Positions 60,033 through 64,000 of a stretch of DNA of 64,000 nt are shown in pieces (the stretch's first letter is position 1; each line of letters begins with the position of its first letter). The notes under the pieces are model-generated. The model did no database searches, was not told where the DNA came from, and worked only from the letters and a program-made list of their open reading frames with translations. Position numbers and translations under genes: made by a program. Source of the stretch: Saprospiraceae bacterium (lineage in GTDB: Bacteria > Bacteroidota > Bacteroidia > Chitinophagales > Saprospiraceae); the NCBI GenBank assembly GCA_040007895.1, contig JBDTUE010000001.1, positions 888 through 64,887 on the forward strand, in the 5' to 3' direction.

Positions 60033-60980
60033 TTATTGATTATACACAGGTTTTAAATGAAAAATCATATCCTCTGTCATTTTAGAAATATCGTATTTCT
60101 CATTCCAGCCCCAATCTATTCTTGCAGGACCATCGTCAATGCTCTCCGTCCACGAATCTGCTATCTGTTGTCTGAAGTCCACTTCATAATCAATTTTAAA
60201 TTCAGGGATATGTTTCTTAATCTCCTGGTATAAAAGTTCCGGGCTAAGACTCAGCCCCGCCAGATTATAACTCGTACGTATAGAAATTTTGTCTTCTGGA
60301 GCTTCCATCAATTCAATCGTAGCGCGTATTGCGTCATCCATATAAAGCATAGGCAGGGTAGTACCGGCATTCAAATAACATGTATAGCTTGCAGATTTTA
60401 GAGCCTGGTGGAAAATATCTACAGCATAATCTGTAGTGCCTCCACCTGGATGACTTTGCCACCCGATAATCCCCGGATATCTGAGACTGCGTACATCCAC
60501 TCCATATCGCTGATGATAATATTGACACCATAGTTCCCCTGCAAGTTTACTCATACCATAAACGGTGGAGGGCTCGGCTGCAGTGTGTTGTGGTGTTGCC
60601 ACTTTTGGAGTAGTAGCACCGAATACAGCAATCGTGCTTGGAAAAAATACTTTATCCATTTGATATTGCTGCGCTAGTTCGAGGATGCTTAATTGCCCAT
60701 TTAGATTTACGTTCCAGGTTTTTTTTGGATTCCATTCTCCATTGGCGCTAAGAATGGCTGCAAGGTGATAGACCTGGGTGACATGATGATCTTCTATCAC
60801 TTCAGCCATACGTTGCACATTCAATATGTCCAGCATTTCAAACAAGCCACGCTCAACTTTTGGTTTCCTGATGTCCGTACAGAGAACTTTATCATCGCCA
60901 TACTTTTCTCTTAGTGATGCAGCAAGTGCTGTTCCTACCTGGCCATTGGCTCCAGTTATTAAAATTTTAGTTGGTCGCAT
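60033..60980 (-). CDS. tdh: L-threonine 3-dehydrogenase, SDR (epimerase-like) type
   Basis: ILITGANGQVGTAL, STVYGMSKLAGE, LRYPGIIGW..PGGGTTDYAVDIFH and RQQIADSW..DDGPARIDWGW match the short-chain TDH family. It is co-directional with kbl. Confidence 0.85.
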   Translation of the reverse strand: MRPTKILITGANGQVGTALAASLREKYGDDKVLCTDIRKPKVERGLFEMLDILNVQRMAEVIEDHHVTQVYHLAAILSANGEWNPKKTWNVNLNGQLSILELAQQYQMDKVFFPSTIAVFGATTPKVATPQHTAAEPSTVYGMSKLAGELWCQYYHQRYGVDVRSLRYPGIIGWQSHPGGGTTDYAVDIFHQALKSASYTCYLNAGTTLPMLYMDDAIRATIELMEAPEDKISIRTSYNLAGLSLSPELLYQEIKKHIPEFKIDYEVDFRQQIADSWTESIDDGPARIDWGWNEKYDISKMTEDMIFHLKPVYNQ

Positions 60981-61109
60981 GCAGTAAAGTTATGAAGAAT
61001 ATAAGAGGATGGTGGACTCTGATTTAGGCATTCTGAATACTAAAAGTGAACTGAATACTTCCTGTCAAATATTTGTTTTCACATAGGTTCAGCAATTGAG
61101 TAATCCCAA

Positions 61110-61541
61110 TTAAAAATCATCAACCTCCTGCCATTTTTGATTCTGATCTTTTCGGAATACTTTATACTCATGACCGTTGACGAGACATACCGAAGTGGTA
61201 TTCAGAGCATGCTGATATCGAACTACCTGGGATATCCCGGCTGCATTTAATTTAATTTCAGGGGATTTACATTCGATGATCAGTGCAGGTTTAATGTATT
61301 GATCATAAACTATAATATCGCAACGTTTAATTTTTTTATCCAGGGTGATTTGTTTTTCTATGGCTATAGAGGAGATTGATATTTTTTTTTCGTTTACAAG
61401 GAAATGCACAAACAATTGCCTTACCATTTCTTCAGGAGTAAGGGATACCCATTTTTTCCGGATACTATCCCACACCTGAGTAATAGTATTAACCTTCCTG
61501 ATTTTTAATTGGTGGACATTAGAAAGGATATCCAGTTGCAT
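61110..61541 (-). CDS. HsdR_N-like (type I restriction enzyme R N-terminal domain) small protein with a PD-(D/E)xK-type motif
   Basis: 143 aa. EEMVRQLFVHFLV..., and CDIIVYD...PALIIECKSPE is the D...E-x-K pattern. Confidence 0.7.
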   Translation of the reverse strand: MQLDILSNVHQLKIRKVNTITQVWDSIRKKWVSLTPEEMVRQLFVHFLVNEKKISISSIAIEKQITLDKKIKRCDIIVYDQYIKPALIIECKSPEIKLNAAGISQVVRYQHALNTTSVCLVNGHEYKVFRKDQNQKWQEVDDF

Positions 61542-61544
61542 CCT

Positions 61545-62150
61545 TTATTGTTTGAATATTCCTCCGCTGACCTTTTTACCGTCTTTAAATTTTTCTTCAA
61601 CCATGATCGTGCCGTCTTCGCGGTAAAACCGGTAAATACCATCCTGTACATCATCCTTCATTTCGGACGCTCGCTCAACTCCTCCCCGCATATAATACTT
61701 TTTAGCCCAACCATTTTTTTTTCCTCTTTTATATTCTATTTGTTCATCGAGGCTTCCAAAGATGTAATGGGTGTACAATCCCTCCAATACATCATCTTTA
61801 TAACTGGCTTGTGTTTCAAGTTTATTGTCAAGACCAATCTTCACAAATGGGCCATTTTTCTTATCGTCGATATAATTAATAATGTTTAGTATAGCACCAC
61901 CGGGACTATATTGAAACCAGGCACCATTTTTCTTTCCGTTCAACACAGTTCCTTCTATTATTTTATTTCCAAGACTATCATACTTCATCACTATTTTTTG
62001 ATCACTGCCGGTCACATCAACCTGATCAAAAATCACCGGCTCAGATTTAGGAAGAATGCTCGGTATGTTTTTACACGATTGCAGTATCGACATCAAAAGG
62101 CAAAACACTATGAAGGTGGGAGGATTATTTTTTATAGAGAGTAGGTACAT
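61545..62150 (-). CDS. MORN-repeat-variant (YwqK-like) lipoprotein
   Basis: Lipobox (ILQSCKN). Repeated G-x-KNG-x-W/F-x-Y units (GKKNGAWFQY, KKNGPFVK, GKKNGWAKKYY, VQDGIYRFY). Confidence 0.7.
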   Translation of the reverse strand: MYLLSIKNNPPTFIVFCLLMSILQSCKNIPSILPKSEPVIFDQVDVTGSDQKIVMKYDSLGNKIIEGTVLNGKKNGAWFQYSPGGAILNIINYIDDKKNGPFVKIGLDNKLETQASYKDDVLEGLYTHYIFGSLDEQIEYKRGKKNGWAKKYYMRGGVERASEMKDDVQDGIYRFYREDGTIMVEEKFKDGKKVSGGIFKQ

Positions 62151-62160
62151 TATTTACTTA

Positions 62161-62769
62161 TTAAATTTGTTCGGGAGTTTGCCCCTGATGTTTAATTACA
62201 AAAGCGATAAGTGTTTCAGGATTCATTTGCAACCTGGTTGCTCCATCATTAATATCCTCTCTGGATACCTGAGCAGCAAAAGTCTTATCCTTTAATCTTT
62301 TCAATACACCTTTTACTTCCATGCCTTCATATCCTCCGGGTCTCATCAAAGAATAAGCATGCACAAATCCAGATAACTCATCGAATGCGTATAACATTTT
62401 ATCTAATTTCGACTGGGGTTCTACACCAAAGTGTAAAGGGCCATGCGAAGCAATTGCATGTAAAACTTCAGGATCAACATTTCTCGTTTCTAATTCTTCA
62501 ATGATTTTTTGGCAATGTAATTCAGGCCATTGATCCCAATCTGCATCATGCAACCAACCTGTCATTTGCCATTTCCATTGATCCGCTTCAGATAAATGTT
62601 CTTCTTCAGCAGCCCAGCATTTCAGCAAGTATCCTACCTGAAACATATGAAGTCTGAGTTTTACATTGGGAACCCAACTAGTAAGCAAAGATTTTGCCTC
62701 TTCCCTGGAGAGCAAATTACCTTCATTGGAAGGGGAGCCGAATACTTGCTTTTTCAGGACTCTTGTCAT
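62161..62769 (-). CDS. HD-domain metal-dependent phosphohydrolase
   Basis: 202 aa with the H...GWLHDADWD (HD) motif and a downstream AIASHG histidine. Confidence 0.65.
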   Translation of the reverse strand: MTRVLKKQVFGSPSNEGNLLSREEAKSLLTSWVPNVKLRLHMFQVGYLLKCWAAEEEHLSEADQWKWQMTGWLHDADWDQWPELHCQKIIEELETRNVDPEVLHAIASHGPLHFGVEPQSKLDKMLYAFDELSGFVHAYSLMRPGGYEGMEVKGVLKRLKDKTFAAQVSREDINDGATRLQMNPETLIAFVIKHQGQTPEQI

Positions 62770-62806
62770 GAAGTAAAATTAATGAAAAATGCCTGATAAA
62801 ATAATG

Positions 62807-62840
62807 TTCAATTTTCAACTACCAATTTTCAATTTCAATC
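62807..62840. repeat. Upstream arm of an inverted repeat: CAATTTTCAA-CTAC-CAATTTTCAA(TTTCAATC)
   Basis: Read directly. It is the reverse complement of the 14-mer family at 63313-63382, forming two perfect 10-bp blocks separated by 4 mismatches. Confidence 0.8.
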
Positions 62841-62918
62841 AGAGAAATCCCACTTAAAACCTGGTTGATGAATTAAATGATTGAATAATTAATACATTTA
62901 TTTAAAAATACACACACT

Positions 62919-63287
62919 ATGGAACAAAGAAAGTACAACCTTGAAGAACGCTTGATAAATTACACTTGCTCGATGATTGATATTGATGAAACCTTGCCCA
63001 ATTCAAGAGCTGGAAATTATATTGCTGGACAGTTAATCAGGTCTTGTCATTCTCCAACTTTTAATTACGCTGAAGTTCAAGGAGCGGAATCCAGGAAAGA
63101 CTTTATTCATAAAATGGCTATAGTTCTTAAGGAGTTGAAGGAATGTAGGGTAGCTTTAAAAATTATAATTAAGAAAAACTTGATCAATTATAGTTCGATT
63201 TCTGAAACCTCATTAGGAGAAACCGAAGAATTGATTGCAATTGTAGCCAAGAGCATCATTACGGCTGAAAGTAATAAAAGAATTTAA
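62919..63287 (+). CDS. Four-helix-bundle protein (23S rRNA intervening-sequence protein / Avd family, TIGR02436-like)
   Basis: 122 aa. LEERLINYTCSMIDI...LPNSRAGNYIAGQLIRSCHSPTFNYAEVQGAESRKDFIHKMAIVLKELKECRVALKII is the characteristic pattern of this family. Confidence 0.85.
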   Translation: MEQRKYNLEERLINYTCSMIDIDETLPNSRAGNYIAGQLIRSCHSPTFNYAEVQGAESRKDFIHKMAIVLKELKECRVALKIIIKKNLINYSSISETSLGETEELIAIVAKSIITAESNKRI

Positions 63288-63312
63288 TTTAAGATTCCGG
63301 TAGCAGATTTAG

Positions 63313-63382
63313 GAAAATTGACCATTGAAAATTGACCATTGAAAATTGACCATTGAAAATTGACCATTGAAAATTGCTCATT
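63313..63382. repeat. Perfect tandem array of four GAAAATTGACCATT units plus one variant (GAAAATTGCTCATT)
   Basis: Read directly. The period is 14 bp and it starts 26 nt after the four-helix-bundle stop codon. Confidence 0.95.
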
Positions 63383-63396
63383 TTTAGTTCCTTACC

Positions 63397-63427
63397 AATA
63401 AAAAAGGCCGTGCCCCCCGACACGACC
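63397..63427 (-). terminator. Rho-independent terminator, distal copy of a duplicated module
   Basis: The minus strand reads GGTCGTG-tcgggggg-CACGGCC followed by TTTTTTATT. Confidence 0.55.
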
Positions 63428-63585
63428 TTGAATGATTTACTGATACTAGGTTCAATAAATATGGCCCTAAAGGTAAGATATAATTTAAAATCTATAACCA
63501 TTTCATAATGAGTATTTCATACTGCTTGTATTTGAGTATAAAACATTAACTAATAATAGATAGAGGTTACTTTCCAACTTTAATC

Positions 63586-63618
63586 AAAAAAAAAGGGCCG
63601 TGCCCCCCGACACGACCC
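63586..63618 (-). terminator. Rho-independent terminator of the TonB-dependent receptor gene, proximal copy
   Basis: The minus strand reads GGGTCGTG-tcgggggg-CACGGCCC followed by nine T. It lies 37 nt after the stop codon at 63655. Confidence 0.7.
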
Positions 63619-63654
63619 TAAATAATTTATTGGATTTCTAGGTTCAATAAAATA

Positions 63655-64000
63655 TTAGTTGAATATATATCTTCCACCAAGCTGGATCTGCCATACATCA
63701 CCTAACCGGCTACCCGTGATAAGTGCTTTTTCAGGAAGAGCATTGTTGATTTCGGTAAAGCGATATACAGGTTGATTGTTAGCATTTTTACTTCGGAATT
63801 GTAACGGATTCGTAGTAGTAGTCACCGTACCAACTCCCCATTTATCATTAATCATATTTCCTGCATTGACTAAATCCAATCTGAATTGAAATGTATTCTT
63901 TCGACCTCCGATATACACATTAAAGTCCTGGGTAATACTTGCATCGAAGGTTGTAAGCCATGGCAATAAAGCTCCGTTTCTTTCTGAATAGGTACCCCTG
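63655..64000 (-). CDS. C-terminal part of a TonB-dependent receptor / outer-membrane beta-barrel (partial; continues past the window end)
   Basis: The frame stays open to position 64000 (the track M at 63966 is a TTG codon). The terminal strands ...FRLDLVNAGNMIND...VWQIQLGGRYIFN look like a TBDR barrel end. Confidence 0.6.
   Translation of the reverse strand, partial: RGTYSERNGALLPWLTTFDASITQDFNVYIGGRKNTFQFRLDLVNAGNMINDKWGVGTVTTTTNPLQFRSKNANNQPVYRFTEINNALPEKALITGSRLGDVWQIQLGGRYIFN

Noticed and set aside
62919-63287. Four-helix-bundle protein considered as the Avd component of a diversity-generating retroelement
   Set aside because: No reverse transcriptase ORF and no template/variable repeat pair is visible within the window on either side. 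The neighbours are an HD hydrolase and a TonB-dependent receptor.
63313-63382. Tandem 14-bp repeats considered as a CRISPR array
   Set aside because: The units are directly contiguous with no spacers and are far shorter than CRISPR repeats. No cas genes are present in the window.
1-64000. Looked for tRNA, rRNA, transposase or integrase genes, and prophage or restriction-modification, toxin-antitoxin or other defence gene sets
   Set aside because: No T-arm-like GGTTCGAAT motifs, rRNA-like segments, DDE or tyrosine-recombinase motifs, or multi-gene defence signatures were recognised by eye. The window is predominantly core metabolism, so no claim of a defence or mobile system is made.

Overview
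AT-rich 64-kb chromosomal window that reads as Bacteroidota. Supporting signs are PorT-like and DUF1573 proteins, a TonB-dependent receptor fragment, many lipoprotein or signal peptides, TAnnTTTG -7 boxes about 20 nt upstream of start codons, and a four-helix-bundle paralog. I support about 55 protein genes and saw no rRNA, tRNA, CRISPR array, transposase or integrase. Layout: (i) 1-4.4 kb holds acyl-CoA and ketone-body type genes: an HMG-CoA-lyase-like 3' fragment, a class IV aminotransferase, a BCCP-less biotin carboxylase and acetoacetyl-CoA synthetase. (ii) 4.5-16.3 kb is one tightly packed minus-strand operon. It joins assimilatory sulfate reduction (cysH-cysD-cysN, cysJ-cysI) to a complete glycine-to-siroheme route: a 916-aa ALAS-HemC-HemD-like fusion, hemB, cobA and a SirC-like enzyme. 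(iii) 16.7-22.2 kb is a thioester alpha-2-macroglobulin lipoprotein. (iv) 22-37 kb holds peptidases and CoA, proline and B12 housekeeping genes. (v) 37.7-43 kb is ilvD-ilvB-ilvN-[180-bp composite heptamer array]-ilvC. (vi) 43-56 kb holds ychF, acpH, a PorT-like gene, ubiE, gyrA, a TPR gene, futalosine genes (radical SAM plus mqnA) and rimO. (vii) 56-61 kb is tdh-S9 peptidase-kbl. (viii) 61-64 kb holds an HD/MORN/HsdR_N gene triplet, a four-helix-bundle (23S-IVS/Avd family) gene bracketed by inverted tandem 14-mers, and a duplicated terminator module. The most unusual items are the ALAS-HemC-HemD fusion inside the sulfur operon and the lineage-specific simple-repeat cassettes, one of which interrupts the ilv operon. 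I could not support any toxin, defence or secondary-metabolite system. All family calls come from motif recognition by eye, not from searches.
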